From sequence record PP534475.1: a stretch of 64,000 nt of DNA. The stretch is one strand, 5' to 3'. This document shows, in pieces, positions 11,033 to 19,983 of the stretch; the stretch's first letter is position 1, and the number at the start of each line of letters is the position of its first letter. Made by a program: the position numbers and the translations under genes. This stretch comes from Escherichia phage YJin-2024a. The notes beneath the pieces were generated by a model. That model was not told where the DNA came from. It was given only the letters and a program-made list of their open reading frames with translations, and searched no databases.

Positions 11033-11145
11033 TTAGTATAAAGCAAAAAGACATCCAAGTAAACTAAATTTTTTATTTCTTGAATGGTATATTGGCAGAA
11101 ACCACTATGTAAGAAAAGTAGAAGTCCTTCTAGGAAGTCACAAGC

Positions 11146-11328
11146 ATGGTTGGTTATGCACATATTTTAAAATATCATATTTATTGGAGCATGAAAGATA
11201 TGTCAAACAAAAGAAAGAATAGACGCGGAGAAGTGTATGATAGCTGGATAAATAGTTTTGGGTTCGGAACTATCTTATTCTTTATTTTCGTAGGTTTTTG
11301 GTTAGCAGCTATGGCGGGGTGGATTTAA
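11146..11328 (+). CDS. small membrane protein
   Basis: 60 aa; C-terminal hydrophobic helix; first of four overlapping small ORFs. Confidence 0.4.
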   Translation: MVGYAHILKYHIYWSMKDMSNKRKNRRGEVYDSWINSFGFGTILFFIFVGFWLAAMAGWI

Positions 11329-11435
11329 TGGAATGGGTAATTATTACACTACTGGGGATTGTGATTATTGGGCAGTGTATTTTAGATAATCATCTAGCTA
11401 GAATTGAAACCTTACTATCGGAGAAACGTAAATGA
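11328..11435 (+). CDS. small membrane peptide (35 aa)
   Basis: TAATG overlap with the upstream ORF; single TM helix; not in the ORF track (too short). Confidence 0.3.
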   Translation: MEWVIITLLGIVIIGQCILDNHLARIETLLSEKRK

Positions 11436-11626
11436 TGGAAGTGGCAGTTACACTAATAGTAATATTAGTCTGGGTAATCCTCATTGTCTCTCGTATCGTG
11501 TATCTCCGCCTAAAAACTCTAGAAGCTCAGGTGAAACAACAACAAGTTACTATAGAAAAGCTAGTACTACTGCAACGTTGTGATAGCACCCGTATTCTGC
11601 AAATTGAGAGGGAATTAGATGTTTAG
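11432..11626 (+). CDS. small membrane protein with coiled-coil tail
   Basis: ATGA overlap with the upstream ORF; N-terminal TM helix. Confidence 0.4.
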   Translation: MMEVAVTLIVILVWVILIVSRIVYLRLKTLEAQVKQQQVTIEKLVLLQRCDSTRILQIERELDV

Positions 11627-11864
11627 TATTGTAATTGCTTTTATTATCGGGATACTCGCGGGAGTTTTCGGGACGACTGCGGCAATCAACAAGCATCGGG
11701 AATATATTGTGGGAGTGACGCGAGAGATTGCGGAAAGGGAGCGGAAGTTTGACGAGAAACGTGCGGAGTTTGAGCGGGAGTGGTCGGATGGATCTCGGGC
11801 GTCGCGGAAGAGATTCCGTGAGTTCAGACCAGAACACAGGTTTGATGACCCTTCTATGCGCTAA
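11619..11864 (+). CDS. small membrane-anchored protein, Arg/Glu-rich tail
   Basis: 81 aa; N-terminal TM helix; overlaps the upstream ORF. Confidence 0.4.
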   Translation: MFSIVIAFIIGILAGVFGTTAAINKHREYIVGVTREIAERERKFDEKRAEFEREWSDGSRASRKRFREFRPEHRFDDPSMR

Positions 11865-12015
11865 TTTGACTTTTGCCAAATTTCATAAGATTACACATGG
11901 AGGTGTGCCCAGTGGCCTCCCGGATGAGAATGCGTCTCATTACCGCCCGGTACTTAGCAGACTAATAGTCACGGCATGTTATCATTGCACACCGTGACTA
12001 TTTCAATTTTAATTA

Positions 12016-12750
12016 TTATGCGACTTTTAGTTTCTCAATATATTGTTGCGGGCTGCAACTATATTCCGCGCGTTCTTCCTCGGTCATACTTTCCCAGCAT
12101 AACTTCAATCGATCGGCTAGAAATTGATAATCATTATCATCGTCGAGAGATTCATCAATAAAGGTTCCGCCTATCAATGCCACGCCGATGGATAGAATAT
12201 CATTAACGGCTTGCGCATCTAGCGTTTTAAATCCGTATGACGCCGCCGCTGATAATACACCTTTATGATCATCAATCATTGTAAAATCAGCGTTCGGATA
12301 TAGTTGCTTGAATAGCTCAAAGTAATGGCTTTTATATATATCGTCCTTGCTGTGGTATATCTCGCTAACCTTATCAGCCGTAAAATATTTGTGAAGTGTA
12401 TCGCGGGAAAACACGCGGATATTAGTATCCCCACGCCCGCGCAATCCTTGTTTGCGTAGGAAGTAATAATCTGACTTGCTCATCAGTCGAGCGGTACAAA
12501 TAATGTTTAAAGTGTTTGCGTCATTCATGCACTGGCGCATATATTCCACCAATGGCAATAAGGTATCTTGCATAATTAAATCATGCTTGCAAGCCTCATT
12601 TTTATACTTATTTAAATCTAAATTACCCTCGCTATCAAAGCAAGGTGCTACACGATGGAACGAATTAATGATTGTGCCATCAAGATCCCAGATCATGACA
12701 CGGGAAATATGCGGGAAATTACGGGTAATATTCGTTTTAACTTGATTCAT
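12016..12750 (-). CDS. dmp: 5'-deoxyribonucleotidase (HAD superfamily), Dmp-like
   Basis: HAD motif I WDLDGTI; start placed at the internal Met with GGAGA RBS (244 aa). Confidence 0.7.
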   Translation of the reverse strand: MNQVKTNITRNFPHISRVMIWDLDGTIINSFHRVAPCFDSEGNLDLNKYKNEACKHDLIMQDTLLPLVEYMRQCMNDANTLNIICTARLMSKSDYYFLRKQGLRGRGDTNIRVFSRDTLHKYFTADKVSEIYHSKDDIYKSHYFELFKQLYPNADFTMIDDHKGVLSAAASYGFKTLDAQAVNDILSIGVALIGGTFIDESLDDDNDYQFLADRLKLCWESMTEEERAEYSCSPQQYIEKLKVA

Positions 12751-12830
12751 TTTGTTACGTTCTCCATTAAAGGGATTTAGTTTATCCAGCATTACCCGCT
12801 ATTTATAAGCGGGTAATAATAAATCAACTA

Positions 12831-13223
12831 TTAAAGACCATAAGCCAACGCATCAGCGATGAAGCTAATATCTTCGCCGGATACATGAGAACGAATACCA
12901 GCGCAAGTATACACCTTTGCGCTCGTTAGCTGATCATCAAAGCAAGCTGGACAAGGCGCGACAACTGCAAACGCTAGGCCAGCTTTTACGGCGTCGATGA
13001 TAATCGTTTCCTGCTTCACCGTATCAACATAAACGCCTGCGGCCTTGATGTGACTACTTGCGCGGCCTTGAGTATAGGCAAAGGTAGTAACCTGCAAAGC
13101 GTCATTGAAGTCTAATAATTCATCAATAACGTGCCCCGCCTCAACGTGGTAACGTTCACCATTAGAATAAACCAGAACGATTGAGGATTGAGCGCGATCG
13201 AATGGAATATTTTGCTTTTTCAT
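12831..13223 (-). CDS. hypothetical protein (130 aa)
   Basis: ORF with conserved pre-early leader upstream; contains PCPAC motif but no convincing family assignment. Confidence 0.5.
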   Translation of the reverse strand: MKKQNIPFDRAQSSIVLVYSNGERYHVEAGHVIDELLDFNDALQVTTFAYTQGRASSHIKAAGVYVDTVKQETIIIDAVKAGLAFAVVAPCPACFDDQLTSAKVYTCAGIRSHVSGEDISFIADALAYGL

Positions 13224-13288
13224 GTTTATAACTCCAATTAATTTAATAAGGGATATAAGCGAGGTATATACCCCGCTTATAAAGTTAA

Positions 13289-14959
13289 TTATGCGAAAAA
13301 TTTGCCGTTTTTAAAGTCAATCAAAGTGCGCTGACCGTTCGCATAGGTAATTAAATGCGTTTGCGTCCAGCTTGACGCGCCAACGTTGTAACCCATATCG
13401 AGGGAACCAGCAACGCCCGCGGTATATACACCGCCGTAAATGCTTGCCGTATGCGTATGCCCCGTGTTTAACTTGCCCAATTTTTTAAATTGCTTCGGAT
13501 TGCCACGGCTGCCGTTAATGCCGTTGTGACCGTGTACGCCGCATTCAATGCCTGCAATTTTAAATGATTGGTCAGTCGTTAGGAAAATTGCGTTAAACTC
13601 GCAACCTGCAACCGTACGCAGCGCATAATCTAGCACGTTGAAAGTATCGTCATGATTACCGATTGCCGCGTAAATCGCAGCATTAAGGCGGTGATACAGT
13701 TCCGCGTTGGCTGGATCGTCTTTAATGTTAGCATTGCGATCATCAAGCCAACGAGAAAGCGCCAAATCGTGGTTTGATTCCACAATGATTGTTTGACTAA
13801 AATCACGTTCCATTGATTCCAGCACGCGCCCGGTGTCGATCAGATCATCAATAACCTTATCACGTCCGGCTGCATACTGTTTCGCTAGAAATACACCAGA
13901 CGCGCGGTTGTGATGGTTGCGTGATGTAAAATCATGCACGTCATGGACGAATTGATATTTTGGTTTGAGAATATCCACTAGCCCATAAGTATCACCGTGA
14001 CCCCATGACGCAGCGGCGCACTCCTCGTCTAATTTTTCGGCGTGAATATCGCCATATTGCAAGCCTAAAACATGCCCCGTTGTTTCAAAGCATCCGGTGG
14101 GAGTAGCGCAAACGTTCAGATCGTAAAACATGCCGCTTTCGTCCATTGTTTCAAGCTGGCGCACAAAAAACTCACCGTCTTCGTCGAACTCAACAATCAG
14201 CGCACCGTAATTATGCAATGCTTCCGCTTTTTGCCCTGCTTTCTGCTGAATGTAGTTTTTAAGCGTTGCCGTTCCGGTTGAATACATGCGGCGTACTACT
14301 TCACCTTTGAGAGCTGGGACGCTTTCGGCGGTGATTTTAGCGTGACCAATTGCCAGACCTTCAAGATTAAGCGCCGTTGCAGTTTCTGCAAATCCAGATA
14401 GCGGGTAATCTGCGGTGGGCAAAACATTAATTTCAGCCATGAAAGCGAAACGGCGGTTATTTAAAAACACGTTTTTGCTGCAAATATATTTATCAAATGC
14501 GGAATCATATTTTACACCGTCTGCGCCTTCACCATTTTGAAAGCCGTTTTTGTTATAAATATACTTAGAAACAAGCAAATCAGCGCCGATAAATTGGGCA
14601 TATTGTTCAAGCGAGGCTAAAAAGTTTTTATGAGGGAAAGTATTATTCTGAATCGATGTAATAATAAAGCGTTTGCCTTGTTTTACTTCCCACTGTTCAA
14701 CCGTGCTGGAAATAATTCCAGCCGCTTCGGGGCGCTCGTCGTTTTTAATGGCTTTTACAGCTTTCGCCGCTTTTGGTTTCGCTGGTTTATTTGCTTCTAA
14801 CCAATCGCAAATTGCGGTCGAGTGCTTCGTTGTGTCATATACCGCTTTAGAAATATCGTCACAAACTTCCAGCTTGGTGGCGCGCAGACGTTTACCGTAG
14901 AAATTAAAGTCAGCGGCCAGTTTCAGGATAACGGTTTGTTTTTCTGCGGAAAAAATCAT
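13289..14959 (-). CDS. A1: A1-like pre-early protein, calcineurin-like metallophosphoesterase
   Basis: GDIHA, GHGDTYG, SNHD and GHTH phosphoesterase motifs; 556 aa from the internal Met, the length I recall for T5 A1. Confidence 0.75.
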   Translation of the reverse strand: MIFSAEKQTVILKLAADFNFYGKRLRATKLEVCDDISKAVYDTTKHSTAICDWLEANKPAKPKAAKAVKAIKNDERPEAAGIISSTVEQWEVKQGKRFIITSIQNNTFPHKNFLASLEQYAQFIGADLLVSKYIYNKNGFQNGEGADGVKYDSAFDKYICSKNVFLNNRRFAFMAEINVLPTADYPLSGFAETATALNLEGLAIGHAKITAESVPALKGEVVRRMYSTGTATLKNYIQQKAGQKAEALHNYGALIVEFDEDGEFFVRQLETMDESGMFYDLNVCATPTGCFETTGHVLGLQYGDIHAEKLDEECAAASWGHGDTYGLVDILKPKYQFVHDVHDFTSRNHHNRASGVFLAKQYAAGRDKVIDDLIDTGRVLESMERDFSQTIIVESNHDLALSRWLDDRNANIKDDPANAELYHRLNAAIYAAIGNHDDTFNVLDYALRTVAGCEFNAIFLTTDQSFKIAGIECGVHGHNGINGSRGNPKQFKKLGKLNTGHTHTASIYGGVYTAGVAGSLDMGYNVGASSWTQTHLITYANGQRTLIDFKNGKFFA

Positions 14960-15048
14960 AATAATAAACTCCATTAAAGGGACTAGGTTAATAATGGCAA
15001 TGTTGCCAAATATAACGCCTTGAATAATAGGCGTTATAATTTGCAACA

Positions 15049-15246
15049 TTAATTTAAAGGCATCAGGCTAGAACTAACACCACAAACAATGGCAGCAATA
15101 AAACAAATCAGACCTAAACGCTTTGCCAATATTGATTTACGTTTAAAATAATACGAATCTAAATCATTTTGAAAATATGCGAACAATAATGAAGCCGCCA
15201 TAATAAATAAGCCTAGAATGAGCGATTCAGTGGGGTAAAAGATCAT
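15049..15246 (-). CDS. small membrane protein
   Basis: Hydrophobic 65 aa; start placed at the ATG preceded by the conserved pre-early leader (the ORF track begins at an upstream GTG). Confidence 0.4.
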   Translation of the reverse strand: MIFYPTESLILGLFIMAASLLFAYFQNDLDSYYFKRKSILAKRLGLICFIAAIVCGVSSSLMPLN

Positions 15247-15303
15247 TTTAATAACTCCAATTAAAGGGAAATTATAGTGGGGAATAATCCCCACTAGTTA
15301 AAT

Positions 15304-15711
15304 TTATTCACCTGCGGCCTGTTTTACCTCATCGGCAACGCCTAGCAGTTGCGCCACGGCGTCCAACGTTTCTAATTTTGCGCTTTCCAGTGATGCCAGA
15401 TCATCGGCGTCCTTGATAATGCCGGAATCAATAGCGTGTTTTGCAATTACTCGCACATAGTGAGCTTTACGGATTGAACTACCGCCGCCAACTTTGCGCG
15501 GCTTGTCGCTTTTCTGGTAGGCTTTCGCGCTGGTCAATTTCGAACGAACTGACACGGGAGAAGTAGCGCCCACTGCCTTTGCGATCTCTTTCAAGCCGTC
15601 GCTATTTGCAAAATCTAGCCCGTTTTCATTGATTAGTTGCTGATACATGGAAACAGCCTGCTGGGTGTTTTCTTCGTTCCAGGAAAATTTTGCGGTTTTT
15701 GCGTTAGTCAT
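15304..15711 (-). CDS. A2: A2-like pre-early protein
   Basis: 135 aa, basic C-terminal half; immediately downstream of A1; conserved leader upstream. Confidence 0.55.
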   Translation of the reverse strand: MTNAKTAKFSWNEENTQQAVSMYQQLINENGLDFANSDGLKEIAKAVGATSPVSVRSKLTSAKAYQKSDKPRKVGGGSSIRKAHYVRVIAKHAIDSGIIKDADDLASLESAKLETLDAVAQLLGVADEVKQAAGE

Positions 15712-15811
15712 GATATAAACTCCAATTAATTTAATTTAAGGGATTAAATGATTAACTAATGTTAATCGTTATATACCCCAAACTATCGGGGCATATAAAG
15801 TTAACACTAAT

Positions 15812-16063
15812 TTATAAAACGGCTTCCCATTTTTCGTTGCGTTGAACAACCTTTACAACGTCGCCGGATTTAACGCGAACGTTATAAATCGGCTTGCCGC
15901 TGTTACTGCGTTCTGTTTCAGCGTATACCGCGTCAATTGTATCGAACGGCATGAGCGCCGCGCCTTTAATACGTTCGGCTTTTCCGGTTAATTCGTCCGT
16001 TTTAGTAACGAAAGGAATAAAAACGGATTGACCAATTTTTGGCGCGGTAATAACGTTTTGCAT
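15812..16063 (-). CDS. hypothetical protein (83 aa)
   Basis: ORF with partial conserved leader upstream. Confidence 0.4.
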   Translation of the reverse strand: MQNVITAPKIGQSVFIPFVTKTDELTGKAERIKGAALMPFDTIDAVYAETERSNSGKPIYNVRVKSGDVVKVVQRNEKWEAVL

Positions 16064-16293
16064 AATATAAACTCCTGTTTATTTGCTGGATTGTTCCGCA
16101 TTACCTGCTAGAAAATAACAGGTAATAAGAAAAAATCCGCTCGCCATTGTAAAATCAATTTAAGGAACTCCACGAAGGCCGCTATATCCCAGTTAGGGGG
16201 CGGGGCACATTATGGCAAGTACCGGCCGTCAGATTTTATCAAGTTATCGCTCTTATCGAACTGGGTATATCTTAAAGCCTACCGGCTAGGTTG

Positions 16294-16497
16294 TCAAATA
16301 GTTTTTTGCGCTTTTTTATGATTTTCCTTCAGGTCAATCATAATGTTTCGCCAGATCATTTCTAGTCCTTGCTGGCGGCCTTTCTTGTACTGCTCAAATC
16401 GATATTTTACCGATCTTTGCGCTACTGTCAATAAATTTTTTGTTTTGCTATCCAGTGCCTTGCTAGGTTTACCAGTGATCAATAAAGTTTGTTTCAT
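16294..16497 (-). CDS. hypothetical basic protein (67 aa)
   Basis: ORF only. Confidence 0.3.
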   Translation of the reverse strand: MKQTLLITGKPSKALDSKTKNLLTVAQRSVKYRFEQYKKGRQQGLEMIWRNIMIDLKENHKKAQKTI

Positions 16498-17187
16498 ATC
16501 GTCGATTCCTTATAATGAATAAGTTTACCGCCGATAGGCTTTAAGATATACCCAATTTTTAAAGAGCGCGGCGGTAAACTTCCCGCCGTGTAGTTCGTCA
16601 TTGCCGCCCTACGAGATAAATAATAACAAACAACGAAAAAGGCGCAACCTTATATTTGTAAAGAAATGTAAAGACAAACGCCACCGGACACCGTGCGGCG
16701 ACCTGGGCGCAGCGCATTAAAATTAAAAGAAACGGGCGCGCGAATAACACAAAACATAGCAGATAGGCAAGTGATTTTTTCATTTATATTTGCTTTGGGG
16801 GTATTGACAAAATCTAAAAAGCTCGTGGCAGCGATAAACGGCTTATCCCTTTATGATTGGATGGCTAAAAACTTTATCGCGTTCTGGGGCGTTTTAGGCC
16901 GCCTATTTTCGACTTAACAAATCATTAACAAACGCAAAATTGAAAAATAGTTGGAAAAGGTCTTGACTTTTAAAAATCAAGGGGCGTTGCGTTAATTTAT
17001 TAAATAAAATATTTGACTTTTATTTGTTAGTATGCATCGGAAAGATAGCAGACTAATAATTGCTAGGATGATAATCATGCTGGTGGATTGTAACGGCCTG
17101 AATTATTAGCAGACTATTAATCACGGAAAATCTCATTAGCCAACTAACTATTTCATGATATATAATATACTTATAAATTAATGAGAA

Positions 17188-17270
17188 ATAATAACAATAA
17201 GAAATCATCACCATTATAATAATAACAATAAGAAATCATCACCAATATAATAATAACTATAAGAAACTAT
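17188..17270. repeat. tandem ~30 bp repeat, about 2.8 copies
   Basis: ataataacaataagaaatcatcacca repeated head-to-tail. Confidence 0.7.
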
Positions 17271-17280
17271 CGGCCTAAGT

Positions 17281-17410
17281 GAGAACCACTATCATTTAAG
17301 TTATCCACAACGTTTTCCACAGCACAAAATAACTTGACACGATAGGCGGCGATATGAGGGCTTTTACACATACTTATCCACAGGTTATCCTACTGTATAA
17401 ATATACAGGG
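17281..17410. repeat. inverted repeat arm A with DnaA-box motifs
   Basis: Two perfect TTATCCACA boxes (about 17301 and 17375); reverse complement matches 19575..19710. Confidence 0.75.
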
Positions 17411-17643
17411 TAGAAAGACAGTGTTAACGACTGCAATCAATTTTAAGCGGCTTAAAACGCTTTCTAACGAGCTGAAGGCTGCGGGGTAATATTAAAGTAA
17501 AGCCTCAATGCGTCGCCCTGGTGGCTTCGCCGTGTTTTGCTCTTTATTACACCGCTGCGCGGTTAGCATAAAAATAGGCGTTAGGCAAGAAAAAATTTAC
17601 CAATAACACCGAAAACGAGTAATAACTAGCCTATTGTAAAGTT

Positions 17644-17684
17644 TTGTAAAGGTCGCCTTTTATGGTGGCCTTTTTTGTTATAAT
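17644..17684 (+). promoter_or_regulatory. candidate promoter with extended -10 (TGTTATAAT)
   Basis: tgtTATAAT at 17677-17684, about 25 nt before the first plus-strand ORF. Confidence 0.35.
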
Positions 17685-17707
17685 GCCTTTACACCGTTTG
17701 AGGACGG

Positions 17708-17971
17708 TTGAAAATTTTCCCAAAAATTTGGAGGCTTAAAATGGTTGCTTTTTCTTCTTCTGACGCTCTTTTCACTGGTAAAGGCTGGGTATCAAATCGC
17801 TGGATTATTCAGGAAATGGTGCAAGAATACGGCATTGCTAAAACTTATACTACCATTCAGGCGCTTTATGATAATGATCAAATCGATCAGCAAACAGCGG
17901 GCTTTTTACTGGATACCCTGAAGGCGGAACACTGTACCAAAAAACAAGCCGCCAAAATTGTTTTAATGTAA
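17708..17971 (+). CDS. hypothetical protein (87 aa)
   Basis: GGAGG RBS; first gene of the plus-strand module. Confidence 0.5.
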   Translation: MKIFPKIWRLKMVAFSSSDALFTGKGWVSNRWIIQEMVQEYGIAKTYTTIQALYDNDQIDQQTAGFLLDTLKAEHCTKKQAAKIVLM

Positions 17972-18021
17972 TTAATAACGGGGCGATACTTTCGCCCCCA
18001 CTAACTAGGGGAGTATTAAAA

Positions 18022-18171
18022 ATGGTTATTTTTCGAGCTATTCTGGCGGGTATCTTGGGCGCTATTTTATCTTTGTTTGCAATAGCTTTCGACGTTCACG
18101 CGGTTATTATAGGCGCGGGTATCGCTGTATTTTCTTATCTGCTGGGCTGCATGAATAGTAAAGGAGAATAA
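18022..18171 (+). CDS. small membrane peptide (49 aa)
   Basis: GGGGAG RBS; hydrophobic throughout; not in the ORF track. Confidence 0.35.
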   Translation: MVIFRAILAGILGAILSLFAIAFDVHAVIIGAGIAVFSYLLGCMNSKGE

Positions 18172-18173
18172 AA

Positions 18174-18386
18174 ATGATCCGCAACGTTTCTCTTGCACGT
18201 TCGAAAGGTTTTAAGCTGGTGGACGCTAACACGTTCGAGCGTCCAGATTGTAAAATCGAATATGTAGCACGTAATAAAAATGCCTTTCGTGTTACCGAGA
18301 AAAAATTTGATAAGCGCGGCAACGTGATCCTTGAAACGGTTAGGCACTTTGCCACCTTTTACGCTGCATTTCGTGGGGTACTATGA
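18174..18386 (+). CDS. hypothetical protein (70 aa)
   Basis: AAGGAG RBS immediately upstream. Confidence 0.5.
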   Translation: MIRNVSLARSKGFKLVDANTFERPDCKIEYVARNKNAFRVTEKKFDKRGNVILETVRHFATFYAAFRGVL

Positions 18387-18508
18387 AAAGCGTTATTGTT
18401 GTTCTCCTTGCAATGGCTGGCGGTTTTATCGCCACCTTATTTAAGAATGATCCTCTTTCATTGGGGATCTTTATGTTATTATCAGGCTATCTGATCGGGA
18501 GGTTATAA
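18383..18508 (+). CDS. small membrane peptide (41 aa)
   Basis: ATGA overlap with the upstream ORF; hydrophobic. Confidence 0.35.
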   Translation: MKSVIVVLLAMAGGFIATLFKNDPLSLGIFMLLSGYLIGRL

Positions 18509-18509
18509 A

Positions 18510-18854
18510 ATGGTTATTTATGAGGGCAACCGTTTTGTTGCTAACTGCCGCCCGGCATTGTTAGCAAACTATTTGAACCAGCTTTCGCCAGCTTATAAGG
18601 GCGTTATTAATATTTATGAGGGCAAGGCGCATTATAAAATCAATGCGGTCGTTGCCCGTGAACTAGCGTTTCAATTTTTGACCTTTGCATCTTGCGACGT
18701 TCAGGTTATGGGTGAGGCATTAATCGCAGAAAATGAAGACGATTTTATTAATATTTTCCGTAAGGTGTGCACCGAGCGCCTGATAATGAAAGGCGCGTAT
18801 ATTCAATCCACGGCTGATAGTATTGAAACAGCGTTTCGAAAAATAGGTAAATAA
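18510..18854 (+). CDS. hypothetical protein (114 aa)
   Basis: GGGAGG RBS; largest ORF of the module. Confidence 0.5.
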   Translation: MVIYEGNRFVANCRPALLANYLNQLSPAYKGVINIYEGKAHYKINAVVARELAFQFLTFASCDVQVMGEALIAENEDDFINIFRKVCTERLIMKGAYIQSTADSIETAFRKIGK

Positions 18855-18855
18855 T

Positions 18856-19017
18856 ATGGCTGTTTATATTGCTTTGCTAGGATATGCGTTATCCCTTATT
18901 GTTGGTATGGTTATTTATAGCGCAATCGGCAATATTGTGTTATCCCTTGTTGTCTGCACTATATTAGGGCAGTTTTGCGGAATGTTCGTTATATATAAAT
19001 TAATGCAAGGAAAATAA
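18856..19017 (+). CDS. small membrane peptide (53 aa)
   Basis: Starts 2 nt after the upstream stop; hydrophobic. Confidence 0.35.
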   Translation: MAVYIALLGYALSLIVGMVIYSAIGNIVLSLVVCTILGQFCGMFVIYKLMQGK

Positions 19018-19127
19018 TACTAATGAGATTATATATTTTCGTTGGTAATGCTAGGGCAGCTAATGATTCCGCTGGTGGCGATAACGTTCGCCACTATTGG
19101 CAAAAATATATTTACTAGGGCATTATT

Positions 19128-19322
19128 ATGAGCAATAAAATTATTGTAACCAAAACTAGTACAATGGTTGATATTTTTTACGTGCCCGATACGCCGGAAA
19201 ACCGACAAGCGGTTGAGCGTGGGGAATATGATAAAGTGATCTATGATCACGATGGTTATTATCAGTATTTGGTGGATTCATATGGGGAGGAGGAAAAAAT
19301 CACGCATCGACTACCCGACTAA
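19128..19322 (+). CDS. hypothetical acidic protein (64 aa)
   Basis: ORF with upstream ATG context. Confidence 0.4.
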   Translation: MSNKIIVTKTSTMVDIFYVPDTPENRQAVERGEYDKVIYDHDGYYQYLVDSYGEEEKITHRLPD

Positions 19323-19365
19323 TAATCACGGGGCGCAACTATCCGGAAGTGCCCCCAATTTTCAA

Positions 19366-19384
19366 ATGATAATCATTCTCATTT
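19366..19384. promoter_or_regulatory. palindromic site AATGATAATCATTCTCATT (full-site version of the half-site repeat downstream)
   Basis: Near-perfect dyad built from the AATGAGAAT half-site. Confidence 0.5.
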
Positions 19385-19574
19385 GACCGCGCCCGCGATG
19401 GTTAGCCTGCTAATGGTTAGGGTGTTACGTGTCGCCTTGTGTGATCGTTAGCGGGCTAACTAATTTTCAAGCCTCCTCCAATTTTGCCCTTGTTTTAGTA
19501 CCTCCAACAAAATTAAACGCGTTAGAATGCGTTTGAGGGCGTTTTAACGCTATATTAGAACTATTCACTGCGTA

Positions 19575-19710
19575 GGAATACTGTATATTTATACAGTAGG
19601 ATAAGCTGTGGATAAGTCTGTTGATAACGCCTCAAAATGGCTAGGATTTTGTCAAGTCAAATCGTGCTGTTGATAAGTCTGTGAATAACTTAAATAACAG
19701 TGTTTCTCAC
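19575..19710. repeat. inverted repeat arm B with DnaA-box motifs
   Basis: Reverse complement aligns with 17281..17410 over about 130 bp; TGTGGATAA at about 19607. Confidence 0.75.
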
Positions 19711-19719
19711 TTCCATTCT

Positions 19720-19937
19720 TAAATGAGAATCATTATCGTTCGCATTCCGCTTTTTAAATGAGAATCGTTTCACTTCTTAAATGAGAATCATTCCGCTTTT
19801 TAAATGCGAATCATTATCATTTGCATTCCACTTCTTAAATGAGAATCATTCCGCTTTTTAAATGAGATTGATTCTCGTTTCACTTTCTAAATGCGAATTA
19901 TTATCATTCTCATTCCGCTTTTTAAATGAGAATGATT
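19720..19937 (+). repeat. array of 8 direct repeats TAAATG(A/C)GAAT(C/G)ATT
   Basis: Copies at about 19720, 19755, 19778, 19801, 19836, 19859, 19888, 19923. Confidence 0.8.
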
Positions 19938-19983
19938 CTTATTATCATTCGTATTTAGCGCAGGGCAATTGCCCTGCGCTTTT

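Noticed and set aside
12831-13223. Cytidine/dCMP deaminase call for the 130 aa pre-early protein
   Set aside because: HVE and PCPAC motifs are present but about 74 residues apart, far more than in the deaminase fold; left as hypothetical.
16598-16917. ORFs 16598..16783 (minus) and 16693..16917 (plus)
   Set aside because: Mutually overlapping, inside promoter-like AT-rich non-coding DNA, with no RBS; treated as spurious.
17281-19710. Invertible DNA segment (site-specific inversion) bounded by the inverted repeat
   Set aside because: No recombinase or invertase gene is present in or near the segment, and the arms are long (about 130 bp) and imperfect rather than short crossover sites; a regulatory or replication role is more plausible.
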